Shown piece by piece: positions 51,061 through 64,000 of a DNA stretch of 64,000 nucleotides. The position numbers were made by a program, and so were the translations under genes. The first letter of the stretch is position 1, and every line of letters begins with the position of its first letter. The stretch comes from Octopus vulgaris (Eukaryota), in assembly GCA_951406725.2 (NCBI GenBank), contig OX597814.1:192510001-192574000 (forward strand). The letters run 5' to 3'. Below the pieces are notes generated by a model. The model saw nothing but the letters and a program-made list of their open reading frames with translations, had not been told where the DNA came from and did not search any database.

Positions 51061-53195
51061 AATTCGTGAACAAGATCCCTAATAATTTATATTTGGTGAT
51101 AAACTTCCTGGTGGTGGTAAAGAATACGTACATCACAGGTTTTCGGCGTTTAGGGTTAGGGTTACGCTGAAAACAGGAGGTATGCATATTCTTTTCCTCC
51201 GCCCAAAGTTTGTTTCTAGTATGATCCCTAAAATCCGTTTCTAATATTCGCAATTAACTCAGTCTGTGATACCATTATTGTGCTAATGTTGACGTTGCAT
51301 TCTTCGTGCATACTTGCACATGGATATAACTATATATAATGAAATTATTGTATACAGTGCTCAGGTACACCACAACTTGTCAGAAAGTGCGTATAAAGCA
51401 TATGCAGTAATGTACAAATGTCTGGAAAGTGAACAGTGTATGAGTCAGATACATGCTTGCGTGTGTATGGAGTCTCGACCACGGTCGAACAATGATGATG
51501 ATGATGTGTATGGAGTGGGGAAAATCAGGTGTAGTGTTGGCGAATCTCAGGAAGCATGGAAGTTTTGAAGGATGCAGGGAAGTACCAGTTTGAAGTAAGT
51601 ACAGTAGCTACTTTGGAGTAGGTCTGTATATTACCGTATTTATTCGTGTTTAAGGCACACTCACCACCCCTTGAATTTCTAAACCTTAAAATTAAGAGTG
51701 AGTGTTATACACGTGAACTAGCTCCGGGCAAAAAATATTGTGGATTTTGTCTTGATATATCTACTTATCGACCGATTTATTCATCCATCTGGCCATACAG
51801 GATGACAGTGCTGAGCAATGATGTGTGTAAATACAAACTTGTTACCAATTCAAATATGCTTGGGGTATATTCGAACTGCTTAAGAAAGCGATTCTCTGTA
51901 TTTTGTACTCTGATACCACAGTGTATATAAGGCAACATTACTCTATGGTGATGTGTTACTTGTTTTAGACAATCAGCCTGAGGAAACGTATTGAGTCACC
52001 ATTGTAAACAACAGCTGCACTTTACATTTGATAAATGTTTCTTTGGATTCCAATACACTTGAGTTTCATTCTTCTGTTGGATGTAACTCAAACAGGGATT
52101 AGATTTCATTGATTAAAGGTAGTTGAGTACAATGGCTCTGATCAAGAAAAAGGAAGTATTTTTTTTTCTGTCTTTTAGGCAGGGGAAAATGCAGTGCTCA
52201 TGACACTTTTCAGAGCCTCTGAGACTTTTGGAAGAGAGGGAGGAAGGTGTCCTTAAAGTGGAGACCTGGCCTGGGTGTTTGCACCAGAGTGGACTCTGCT
52301 TCAAGGCTCCAAGAGACCAAGTAATGGTATTAAACCAAGCAGTAGATCCAGTCTACCACCCAAATAATTGAATTATTCATTTGATTGTGAGTCCCATGAG
52401 TCAGAGTAGCTGTGTCCAGCTCATCTCCCTCACCATCCTCCAAGACATCTTTTCTGTGAGGCAGTCTGAATTAGAGGAAATTGTTCATTCAACTCCTTAA
52501 TGTAAAGTTACTCCATATAAATTGGTCTGTTTCTCTCTAACATGCTAGAAATATAAAGAATAAAGAAAATGGTGGAAGAGAGAGAGAGAACAGTTTAATA
52601 GTTCCGTGTTGGTGCTTAGAGCGGAGATATCTTTGTAATTGCATGGATATCATCATCATCATAATTTAACGTCTGTTTTCCATGCTAGCATGGGTTGGAC
52701 GGTTCGACTGGGGTCTGGGAAGCCCGGAGGCTCTAATCTGATCTGGCAGTGTTTCTACAGCTGAATGCCCTTCCTAACGCCGACCACTCTTTGAGTGTAG
52801 TGAGTGTTTTTTACGTGCCACTGGTACAGAGGCCAGAGGAGGCTGGCAACAGCCACGACTGGTTGGTGCTTTTTACATGTCACCGGCATGGAAGCCATTC
52901 AAGGCAGCGCTGGCATCGGCCACATTCGGATGGTGATTTTTACATGCCAACGGCACAGGTATCACAACTACAATTTCCATTTGATTTTTATTTTGATGTT
53001 GATGTACTTGACTCAATATGTCTCCTCAGGCTGATTGACTAAAACAAGTAACACACCACCATAGAATAATGTTGCCTTATATACACTAAGCCAGAGAGGT
53101 AAATGACAAGGTAATTACAACTGAGCATTTTTGGTCATAGATTTGCTGTGTTAAAGCTGACCTGAGGCTTAAACTTGTTTCTATTTTCGTTTCAG

Positions 53196-53406
53196 AAGAA
53201 AATACTTCTCAATGTTCATCAAATTCTGCTGAAAACAAAATACCATTTCCTTTGGCCATGTGGGACATGGAGCAATGTGATCCAAAAAAATGTTCTGGCA
53301 GGAAGTTAGTGCGATTAAATTTGGTTAAAACTCTTAATTTACACCAAAGATTTTCTGGTATCATTTTGACTCCAGAAGGGAAAAAATGTGTTTCTCCTGA
53401 TGACAG
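53196..53406 (+). CDS. TSR3: TSR3 exon 2: ...IPFPLAMWDMEQCDPKKCSGRKLVRLNLVKTLNLHQRFSGIILTPEGKKCVSPDD(R)
   Basis: Acceptor tttcag|AA, donor ACAG|gtaagt, 211 nt. LAMWD...CDPKKCSGRKL is the TSR3 N-terminal signature. Confidence 0.96.
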
Positions 53407-53822
53407 GTAAGTTTTGTATGATTCTTAAAAATTAACATATTGTAAACATGTAAGTATTTTACTGAGAAAAGTTACAAACTTATTGGGTTTCACAATATCC
53501 CTCTCACATACTGATTATTCATTATTGTCATGGAATTCCTCATAATGTATCCATTGGGTGTTGTATGCCTGTGTTTGTTCACAGAAATAAAAAAAACCTA
53601 CTTAGGTGTAGGAGTAGCTGTGTGGTAAGTAGCTTGCTTACCAACAACATGGTTCCGGGTTCAGTCCCACTGTGTTTCGCCTTGGGCAAGTGTCTTCTAC
53701 TATAGCCTCAGGCCAACCAAAGCCCTGTGAGAGGATTTGGTAATTGGAAACTGAAAGAAACCCATCATATATATGTATATATATATATACTCAAAATAAG
53801 CAACAAGGATATCCAAAGGTAG

Positions 53823-53910
53823 TGTAGTACAATCGTTTCATGCTACTTCATTTAATTAAACAATGTAAGTAATGCATCAGTTTTAAAATGTAGAGCAATC
53901 TTCAGCCACA
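53823..53910 (-). ncRNA. Type I minimal hammerhead motif (family M) in TSR3 intron 2, antisense to TSR3
   Basis: Minus strand tgtgg-CTGAAGA-t-tgct...agca-t-GAAA-C-gatt-G-TA-ctaca. The element (53790..53956) sits in the (TA)n tract of a SINE. Confidence 0.72.
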
Positions 53911-56900
53911 TATGGAATTTTAAAATTAAATTGACAATGTTCATCTGAATCTAAATGTATATATATATATGTATGTGTGTGTATACGTTTGTGTGTCTTT
54001 GTTTGTCCCCTGAACATCGCTTGACAACCGATGCTGGTGTGTTACGTCCCCGTAACTGAGTGATTCAGTAAAAGAGACCAACAGAATAAGTACTAGGCTA
54101 ACAAAGAATAAGTCCTGGGGTCGATTTGCTCGACTAAAGGCGGTGCTCCAGCATGGCCACAATCAAATGACTGAAACAAATAAAAGAGTAAAGAGAGTAG
54201 TCATCTTTGGAAGTACTGGCAAAGATTGTGTACCACTGGAACATGTCCAGAATTGTCACTGCTCTATCAAGACCACATTCACCACAACATTGCCCTCGTG
54301 TTACTTTTGAATAAAATTCTGAAGTTGTCTCCCTTGCTATTTCTTGATCAAAATTCATAATTAAGCTAATGACTGTTTTTCCTTATTACTATCTATGTAA
54401 TTTTAATTAGATATATTTCTTGACTTACTGTATTACGTATGTCAACACTTACCTTTCCATTTGGTTTTTCGTGCAGAGCATGTCTGTCCCTAGGTATTTT
54501 TTGACTAGTCCTTTACTAAGGGCTACACTCTTGCTTACTGGTCATTGCATATAGCTTAACAATAAATATATGTTCAACGGTGTAGGTGACAAAGCTTAAT
54601 GGGAACTCTGGTCTGAGGATAATAACTGCTTTCTTTTAACTTGTGTAAGTTTTTTAAAGGACTTGAATTCAGTATTGCATGTTGAAATATTTGTCAATTA
54701 TACAGGCACAGGAGTGGCTGTGTGGTAAGTAGCTTGCTTACGAACCACATGATCCAGGTTCAGTCCCACTGCGTGGCACCTTGGGCAAGTGTCTTTTACA
54801 ATAGCCTCGAGCTGACCAAAGCCTTGTGAGTGGATTTGGTAAACGGAAACTGAAAGAAGCCCATCGTATATATGTATATGTATATATATGTGTGTATCTG
54901 TGTTTGTCGTCCCCCCCCCCCAACATTGCTTGACAACCAATATTGGTGTGTTTACGTCCCCGTAACTTAAAAGAGACCAATAGAATAAGTACTAGGCTTA
55001 CAAAGAATAAGTCCTGGGGTCGATTTCCTCGACTAAAGGCGGCGCTCCAGCATGGCCACAGTCAAATGACTAAAACAAGTAAAAAGAGTAAAAAAGAGTA
55101 TACAATGTTGTTGTTGTTTGTTCCTTCTCGAGCCATGCCTGGCTCATAAGGGCCGGTTTCCCGGTTTCATTGGAGTATAGGTTCCCCACCTGAATGGTAC
55201 GCTGGTCTGTTGCTAGTGAGCTGCTAGATGCAGGAGGAAAGAGTGAGAGAAAGTTGTGGTGAAAGAGTCAGCGGAAGTTTGCCATTACGTTCTGTCAGAG
55301 CCGCATGGAGCTTAGGTTTGAACTCACGGTCCCTCTACCGTGAGTTCAAATCCAAATGAGTTCTATGTAGGCATGGGTTGGATAGACCATCATGATTTGA
55401 GTCAGCTCTTATTCAGTGTTACTCTTTTCAAAGTCCAATCAGAAGACCATGTCTTGCTCATACCTTTCAGACATGTTCTCATAACCTGTCTAGGAGAGCA
55501 CATATGTGAGTATGTGCGTGTGTGTGCATGTGTGTGTGTGTGTGTGTGATCATCATCATCTACTTCATTGTCATCGTCATTTACCATCCACTTTTCATGC
55601 TGGCATAGGCTGGATGGTTTGACAGGAACCAGCAAGTTAGAAGACTATGCCAAGCTCTACTGTCTACTTTGGCATGGTTTCTGTGATTGGATGTCCTTCC
55701 TATTGCCAACTGCTTGACAGAGTGTACAAGGTGCTTTATATATGGCACTAGCACCAGTGAGGTCACCAAATGACTTGCAAGGCAAGGACCCCTCAACACA
55801 GTAGTGTTGGGAGAGGTGGTTTCATGCCGGATGATGACAGGTTCAAGTATGATAGAGGGACAGAACCCAAGTATCTTGCAGTAGAATGAGATACATGGTT
55901 ACCTCAGTTGGAAAAGAAGACAGAAGAGGGGGAGAGAAAGAAGATGGTAAAGATGTGTCGGGGGCATACCCCCAAGTTATAGGGAAGTGTATATAAGTGA
56001 AATGATACAAAGGTTTGGATAAAGTGAGTGAGCAAGTAAGTGCGTGAGAGTGGGATATATAGAGGGGAGGGGGATGTAGTAAGTTGACAGGTGTGATGGG
56101 AGGGGGTGTTTGGAAGATATGTTGTAGAAGAAGGTAATGTTAGGAAGATGAATTGTGGGGGGGAAAGATTTGCCAGGGAGAGGGAGATGTGTGTTTTTTG
56201 CCGACTTATATCAATGAATGATATAAACATCCACAAGAAATTGGTAAACTTGTGCTTTATAACAGAGATACATTGTGTTGTATTTGTTCCCACTGAATTA
56301 CAGACCCTTGTTATTCTTGATACGAATGCAATGAACCAGAGGTTGGGCTATTATAAATCTGTTGCCAACAACATCATCATTTAACATCCGCTTTCCATGC
56401 TAGCATGGGTTGGACGGTTCGACCAAGGTCTGGGAACCAGGAGGCTGCACCAGGCTCCAGTCTGATCTGGCAGTGTTTCTACAGCTGGATGCCCTTCCTA
56501 ACGCCAACCACTGTGAGTGTAGTGGGTGCTTTTTATGTGCCAGGGGAGGCTGGCAACGGCCATGATTGGTGCTTTTTACGTGCCACCAGCACGGAAGCCA
56601 GTCAAGGTGGCGCTGGCATCGGCCACATTCAGATGGTGCTTTTTACATGCCACCACCAGCACAGGTATCACAGCTACAATTTCCATTTGATATTTATTTT
56701 CATGTTGATGTACTTGACTTAATAGGTCTCCTCAAGCACAGCAAGTCACGTGCCACTGGCACAGAAGCCAGTCAAGGCGACGCTGGCATCAGCCATGTTC
56801 GGATGGTGCTTTTTATGTGCCACCGGCACAGGTATCACAACTGCAATTTCCAATAAACAGCCACAAGAAATTGGTAAACTTGTGCTTTATAACAGAGATA

Positions 56901-57072
56901 CATTGTGTTGTATTTGTTCTCACTGAATTACAGACCCTTGTTTTTCTTGTTACGAATGCAATGAACCAGAGGTTGGGCTATTATAAATCTGTCACCAACA
57001 ACTTTTTTTATAAAATGCAATATAAAATATATGAAAATAAACATTTATTGTATTTTTTTATTTGTTCAACAG

Positions 57073-57266
57073 AGATATTATATCAAAGCATGGGATTGCT
57101 GTAGTAGATTGCTCTTGGGCTAAATTACAACAGACACCATTCTCCTCAATGAAAGGAAACCAGCCACGACTTTTACCTTACCTTGTTGCTGCCAACCCTA
57201 TCAACTATGGCCGTCCTTGCAAACTGTCTTGTGTGGAAGCTTTCGCTGCTACACTTTATATTGCAG
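57073..57266 (+). CDS. TSR3: TSR3 exon 3: [64 protein letters not shown](G)
   Basis: Acceptor caacag|A, donor GCAG|gtaaga, 194 nt. DCSW and [24 protein letters not shown] are TSR3 core motifs. Confidence 0.97.
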
Positions 57267-57278
57267 GTAAGAATATAA

Positions 57279-57784
57279 CCATAAATCTTCGAGTATAATC
57301 CGCATTTTTTTCCAAAAATTTAAAGGTCAAAATCCCTAGTGTGTACTATATACGAGGTTAAAAATGAAAATTATTTTTTAAGCAAAGTTCAAGTCTATTT
57401 GCTGTCCGGCAATGTTTATTCAGACGCATTTTTGATGTCGGGCGGGAAAATACCTTAAGCTAAGCCTGAAAGCAAAGTCATAAAAGAATCATCCATAACT
57501 TGCAGTAAGCAACATTTATTAAACGTTATTACTGTTATTTCTTTATTTTCTGCAAACAAAATGGACAAAAAAGCTACACGTTTGCATTATGTTATATATA
57601 CAATAATAATAAAGGACATTACCGTATACAGTTTTACAAACCAAGGACGTTATATAGACGTCCTTGACTCAAGTTAGAGAAGGGGTGCGTATTATACACA
57701 AGGTTTAGGTTTCTCAGAGGTACAGCCCCCTAAAAATCCTCTGCGTATTATATTCAAGGGTGGACTATACTCGAGGATTTACGG
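57279..57784. mobile_element. Tc1/pogo-type MITE starting 13 nt into TSR3 intron 3
   Basis: TIR cc(a/g)taaatc(t/c)tcgagtata ... tatactcgaggatttacgg|ta. Confidence 0.7.
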
Positions 57785-57946
57785 TATTACCATTAATTTA
57801 GAAATAAAGGTTCTTTGTTCAAATCTAGACTTGTGCTATTGATACATTCAGCAATAAGACATCTATTGACAATTGAAATGTAAGGTAGGTGCAAATATCT
57901 TATATCTATAAAGATAAGGTAAATTGTACTTGTCTGAATAATTATA

Positions 57947-58449
57947 TCTCTCTCTATATAAACGGCAGTTTGTCTGTCAGGTTGTACCCTCACCCTGACC
58001 ACGGCTTTCAACCGATTCTGATGAAACTTGACACACACATAGCCCAATGTCATAATTCAAAACTAACGCAGCGAAAAGTTTGAAAAGTTCCCCCAGTTCT
58101 GAAAAAAATCAATAAATTCGACATGGGGTCGAGAATCTAAGCTTTTTATTTGCAACACATTTTCTGTTGTAGTTTTCGCAACTTGCAATTGATTTTCACC
58201 AAACTCATGGTGAAGCTTAATGTTACCCTAAGAAACGTAATTCTGACGTTAGTTTTCCATGCAATACCTTACCATCAGAAAAAATCGATAAAATCATGCC
58301 ATTTTGGGAAATCGCGTTGAAATTCAAGATGACATATTTTCGACAATATCTTTCACAAATCGGCAGGAATTTTTTAAAAATTCACAGCGAGCATCATGTC
58401 TGCTCCAGGGGCTCTTACATACCCGGACAATGCCGGGCTATGCTGCTAG
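57947..58449 (+). mobile_element. Non-autonomous Helitron (second family), ending 53 nt before TSR3 exon 4
   Basis: a|TCTCTCTCTATATAAA...cccggacaatgccgggctatgctgCTAG|t. Confidence 0.72.
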
Positions 58450-58502
58450 TTCCTATATATAACAATTCATGTCAGAGATTATATGGGCTTTTTCTTTTGT
58501 AG

Positions 58503-58682
58503 GTTTCTCAGAACTAGGTAAAATATTGCTACGGAAGTTCAAATGGGGGCTAAATTTCTTCACCTTGAATGAAGAATTACTAGATCTCTATGCAGCCTGT
58601 AAAAACAGCACCGATGTGGTTGAACTGCAGAATTCTTATTTAGAGAAAATTGAACTCGAAAAAACACAGCGGAATGATGCGG
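58503..58682 (+). CDS. TSR3: TSR3 exon 4: FSELGKILLRKFKWGLNFFTLNEELLDLYAACKNSTDVVELQNSYLEKIELEKTQRNDA(D)
   Basis: Acceptor ttttgtag|GT, donor GCGG|gtaagt, 180 nt. FKWG..F..LN.ELL..Y..C motif. Confidence 0.96.
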
Positions 58683-60332
58683 GTAAGTTAGCTCTGTTTT
58701 ACTTTTACGTTATTTCTTTTCACACTTTTCTGTTTATATCTTTTACTTGTTTCAGTCATTAGACTGCGGCCATGCTGGGGCTCTGCCTTGAAGAACTTAA
58801 GTTGAGAATCGACCCCCATGGTTTTTTTGTTTTTTTTAAAGCTTAGTACTTATTCAATCAGTCTCTTTTTTTTTTTTGTCTTTTTCTACTCTAAGCACAA
58901 GGCCCGAAATTTTTGGGATGGTGGGGTCAGTAGATTAGATCGACCCCAGTACACAACTGGTACTTAATTTATCAACCCTGAAAGGATGAAAGGCAAAGTC
59001 GACCTTGGTGGAATTTGAACTCAGAACGTAATGGCAGACGATATACTGCTAAGTATTTTGCCTGGCATGCTAACGTTTCTGCCAGCTTGCCACCTTTTTT
59101 TTTTCTTTTTCATCAGTTCATGCGGATAGTCATGCTTTTTTGCGTGGAGCTTAGGTGTTTCGCTCATAAACACACACATCACCCGGTCTGAGATTTGAAC
59201 CCACAATCCCTCAACTGCAAGTCCGCTGCTCTAACCACATGTGCCTCCACAATCAGTCTCTTTTACCAAACCTAAGTGATGAGGATGGGACAAATGCATA
59301 CTTATCACACACACACACACACACATATATACGACAGTCTTCTTTCAGTTTCCATCTACCAAATCCACTCACAAGGCTATAGTAGAAGACCTTTGCCCAA
59401 GATGCCATGCAATGGGACTGAACCTGGAACCATATAATTGAGAAGCAAACTTTTTACTACACAGCCATGCCTAAAATATTATCTGAAAATATATTCAATA
59501 TATTTTCCTAGCTTTTCACAAAAGCAAGTGGATCAGTGGTTAGAGTATACCACTCACAATTACAAGATTGTGGTTTCGATTCCCGGACTGGGTGGAGTGT
59601 TATATTCTTGAGCAAAGGATCTTCATCCCACGTTACTCTTGTCCACTCAACTGCAAATGAGTAACTCAGTGTCCGACTGGCTTCCCATTCAGAAGAAATG
59701 TGATGCTGGTCACTTATGCACCATGGCAACCGTGTAACCAGCCCCATGAATCCCAGGACTCAAAGACAGTAATGTTCACAGGAATTACTATTGAAAACAA
59801 ATTCGATGACTGGCATCCATGCTAGTGGAGTGCTAAGCGTACCATACGAGTGAGATCGTTGCCAGAGCAACGAGCTGGTCTCCATGCCGATGGCACGTTA
59901 AAAACACCGTGATCGTTACCTGCGTCGCCTTACTAGCACTTGTGCTGGTGGCATGTGAAAAAACATTCGAGGTCGTTGCTGGACTGACTCCTGTGTAGGT
60001 GGCACATAAAAAGCACCACTTGAGTGTGGCCATTGCCTGTACCGCCTGTCTGGCCCTCGTGCCGATGGCACGTAAAAGTACCCACTACACTCTCGGAGTG
60101 GTTGGCGTTAGGAAGGGCATCCAGCTGTAGAAGCTCTGCCAGATCATATTGGAGTCTGGTGCAGCCATCTGGTTCGCCAGACCTCAGTCAAATCGTCCAA
60201 CCCATGCTAGCATGGAAAGCAGACGTTATACGATGATGATGATGATGATGATAATGAGGATTTTCTTGCTTTGAAAATCAAATAGTTTTACATGCACTTA
60301 CACCCTTATTTTCCTTTTCCTTTCTTTTTTAG

Positions 60333-60396
60333 ACATGTTTGATACTTCTTTGGAATACTATAACCCTAACCGAATGGACAGGCAAGAAGATATAAG
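60333..60396 (+). CDS. TSR3: TSR3 exon 5: (D)MFDTSLEYYNPNRMDRQEDI(S)
   Basis: Long polypyrimidine tract then ag|AC, donor TAAG|gtaaat, 64 nt bridging phase 1 to 2. Contains the NPNR motif seen in eukaryotic TSR3 C-termini. Confidence 0.85.
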
Positions 60397-61969
60397 GTAA
60401 ATAGTTAACTGTTGATCTCACTTCTACTTCACTATAGATTCTTCTCTTTTTTATCTTTATTGCAATCAAACCTGGACACAATGCAGCAGTGGATCATGGA
60501 CTGGCAACTCAAGCTGGCTGTGGACAAATGTGCCACCATGCATTTTGGGAGGAAAAACCCAGTGTCTACTTGGATGGAAGCACTCCGTCGGTTACGACGA
60601 TGAAGGTTCCGGTTGATCCGATCAACGGAACAGCCTGCTCGTGAAATTAACGTGTAAGTGGCTGAGCATTCCACAGACACGTGTACCCTTAACGTAGTTC
60701 TCGGGGATATTCAGCATGACACAGAGAGTGACAAGGCCGGCCCTTTGAAATACAAGGTACAACAGAAACAGGAAGTAAGAGTGAGAGAAAGTTGTGGTGA
60801 AAGAGTACAGCAGGGATCACCACCACCCCCTGCCGGAGCCTCGTGGAGCTTTTAGGTGTTTTCGCTCAATAAACACTCACAACGCCCGGTCTGGGAATCG
60901 AAACCGCGAGTCCGCTGCCCTAACCACTGGGCCATTGCGCCTCCACAGTGTCTACTTACTCCCTCCACAACACTAATCTCAAAAAGTCTTCTTGTGAACG
61001 TGACCTGGGCACATATCTGACTCATACACTGTTCACTTTCCACACATTTGTACATTACTGCATATGCTTTATACACACTTTTGACAAGTTGTGGTGCACC
61101 TGAGCACTATACAACAATTTCGTTATTATTATTTTTAAAAGTGGCATGAGTGCTTCTTCTCAGCAACAGGAGTTCTTTTGCTAGCAACAGTTTGAACATC
61201 AGCGTGAGTGACATTACCCCATGTATTGGCTCAAGGCTAGATCCCAGGGATCTAACCCATAGTTGAGGCCTTTTACAGATGCTTTTAAGCGCACCTCAAA
61301 CCACTGTTTCTATCTCTATCAGTGCACATTCTCTGACAGATTTCACTGTAGAAAAGCTGTTTTAGGTGGGTGAGATTTGCAAGAGAGTTGGCTGTTATTT
61401 CTAGCTGGTTGAGCATTCTGAGTGGAGGCTGTCTATCAGCTTTACTCTTTTACACTTTTACTTGTTTTAGTCATTTGACTGTGGCCATGCTGGAGCACTG
61501 CCTTTAGTCGAGCAAATCGACCCCAGGACTTATTCTTTGTAAGCCTAGTACTTATTCTATCAGTCTCTTTGTCAAGTGATGTTGGGGGGACAAACACAGA
61601 CACACAAACATACATATATATGACGGGCTTCTTTCAGTTTCCGTCTACCAAATCCACTCTCAAGGCTTTGGTCGGCCCGAGGCTATAGTAGAAGACACTT
61701 GTCCAAGGTGCCATGCAGTGGGACTGAACCCGGGACCATGTGGTTTGTAAGCAAGCTACTTACCCACATCTCAGTGGTTAAGAGTAATAAATTTCTCTTA
61801 GTTGCTAAAGTGATTGCTTCAATGAAGACCATCCTCTTTGTTCTAATACAGGTATAAAACAAAAGAAAAACAAATAGATATTACACAGACATTCACACAT
61901 GGGTGCACACACATTTTGTTACATTAAAAAATGTCTTAACTTTAATAACGTTCATTTTATTTATTGCAG

Positions 61970-62237
61970 TGTATCAGAATCTGATGATGATGAGGATGAT
62001 GAAGATGACGATGAAGTCAGTGAGGATGAAGACAATGATGATAGTGATAATAATGATGATAATGATCATGATGATGTTGCTGCTGATGATGGGGACAAAA
62101 AGAGAGAGGAGGATGGAGACATTCGGACAGATTGTTCTGGAAGAATTCAAAACATGAAGTGTAGTCACGTAACAGAAAGAAACAAAGATGCAGAACTAGA
62201 AACAGAATTCAAAAAGTTCTCTCTGAATCCATCTTAG
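61970..62237 (+). CDS. TSR3: TSR3 exon 6 (acidic tail, stop TAG); assembled CDS 1062 nt = 353 aa
   Basis: Acceptor ttattgcag|T, phase 2 consistent with exon 5. Asp/Glu-rich tail ending FSLNPS*; matches the 3' part of ORF 61899..62237. Confidence 0.85.
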
Positions 62238-64000
62238 GACAGATGTTTAATCCAGATATTCTATGTAATTTGAAAATATATTAAAATTATTTAAAATACT
62301 GAAATTATTGTATACAGTGCTCAGGTGCTCCACAACTTGTCAAAAAGTTATATTTATACAATTTGTCCAAAAATTATATTTATATAATTAAATCAATTTT
62401 TTAAAGAAATAAAATGTTAAAATGATAGCAGACATTATAAGAATCATTTTGAGACAGAAAGGAACAACAGGTCTGCTTGACAGGATTTGAACTTCGTTTC
62501 TAACATTTGCCAACTGGCTGTGTTGCCGTTTATGCCCCAGAACACCTGCTAGTCCTTCATCTGAATTGGTTAAGTTGGTATTTACATCTATTGTTTGTTT
62601 TTTGGGTTTTTTTTTATTTTTATTTTTTCCTCCAAACGATATGTCCTGTGGTTCTGCACTTTGAAAGATTAATGAATAATAAAGAAAAACCCCTTACTTG
62701 AAAAATTTGGGAGGTTTAGCAATAGAAAGGGCATCTGGTTGGTCAGTTACTTAGCAAAACAACAAATTAAACTCCATACCCTATCACTTATAATGATGAG
62801 CTTGTGTGTAAGTTTGTCCCAAATCACACTAGGAGAAGTAGCAGAGTAAGTGAAATGAATGTTGAATGATGATAATGATGCCCATATATTAAATATTATA
62901 CATTATACACCAATGTCCATATATAAATATTATTATTTTTTTTATTTATGCGCCCTTTTCAAGCTTAGCCAGACTCATGGGCCTGGTTTCTATGGCATAA
63001 GTGTTCACCCCAGCTGGATGGGACGCCAGTCCATTACAGCGTTACTCAAGAAACAGGAAGAAAGAGTGAGAGAAAGTTAGGCGAAAGAGTACAACAGGGG
63101 TCGCCGCCCCCCTGCTGGAGCTTCGTGTAGCTTTAGGTGTTTTCGCTCAATAAACACACACAACGCCCAGTCTGGGAATCAAAACCGCGAGTCTGCTGCC
63201 CTAACCATTGGGCCATTGCGCCTCCACATATAGATATTATATGTAATATATATGTCTATATATTGTAAGGATTGTAATTCAGCCCAGTTCTTTTCTGTCT
63301 CAAATTTGTTTCTGGCAATGTCTAATGTCATTTTACACAAGAAATCTGATGAATTAATTGAATTAATTTCTTCAAAATGTATTTTTTAGAAGACATTTGA
63401 ACCCTATTTTTGTAATTAATAAATGTAAGAAAAAAACCCTACCTCACAGTTCACTATCACTTCGATCAATTTTTTTATATTATGTCTTTGTGCAAACTTT
63501 TGTAGTTATTATAACATAAATGTCTGTGAGGTATTAACTCTTTAGCATTTAAACTGGCCATATCCGGCCCAAATATTCTACCTGTTTTATGCTCAAACTG
63601 ACCAGATCTAGCTTTTCACACCAACCCTACAGTGACATTCCAAAACTAAATAATCACATCATTGAAATCTCAAATCTAAAAGATAATGCACGATTAATTC
63701 AAAACATTGTCAATAAATAAGCATTACAATTGATGGAATAATCAATACTAAATGGTTAATGTAAAAAAAACGGCAGTTCTGTTGGAACACCATCTAATTT
63801 TAGTGCCTTGCTGTTATTCATCTGCTTAACTGCCAGAACTATCTCTCTGTACACTTACAATCCACACAGCGCGACTGAACCCAGAACCATGTGGTTCTGG
63901 GTTTGTATTGTGACTGAACCAAGAACCATGTGAGAAGCAAACTTCTCACCACACAGCCATGCCTGCACCTATTTGTATATATAATGGGATGAAGTGGTGA

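Overview
AT-rich eukaryotic DNA dense in microsatellites and transposon relics; the SINE repertoire and microsatellite load suggest an octopus or other coleoid cephalopod (inference, not checked by search). Two divergently transcribed spliced genes can be assembled by hand with GT-AG junctions and consistent reading phase. One is an acyl-CoA thioesterase 8 (ACOT8/TesB-like) gene on the minus strand: exons 1-4 are in the window and the gene continues off the left edge. The other is a complete 6-exon TSR3 gene (18S rRNA aminocarboxypropyltransferase, 353 aa) on the plus strand. The rest is tRNA-derived SINEs, RTE, CR1/L2, R4/Dong and L1/Tx1 LINE fragments, Tc1/mariner, piggyBac-type, Merlin-type and Helitron-type elements. 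The main signal the ORF track does not explain is a set of short, unrelated elements sitting inside (TA)n, (ATT)n or (TG)n tracts. Many form head-to-head fold-back palindromes, and many carry type I minimal hammerhead ribozyme motifs (stemI-CUGANGA-stemII-GAAAC-loop-GUH-stemI). About a dozen such motifs from at least 8 sequence families occur in 64 kb, three near-canonical ones in the sense orientation of ACOT8 intron 3. This matches Penelope-like retroelement pseudo-LTR biology, but no Penelope ORF is visible in the window. Other oddities: a 33-bp TIR-only element with an 8-bp TSD, a 150-bp duplication flanking an RTE tail, Merlin-type MITEs carrying TTAGGG repeats, and a four-element chimeric TE cluster with templated junctions.
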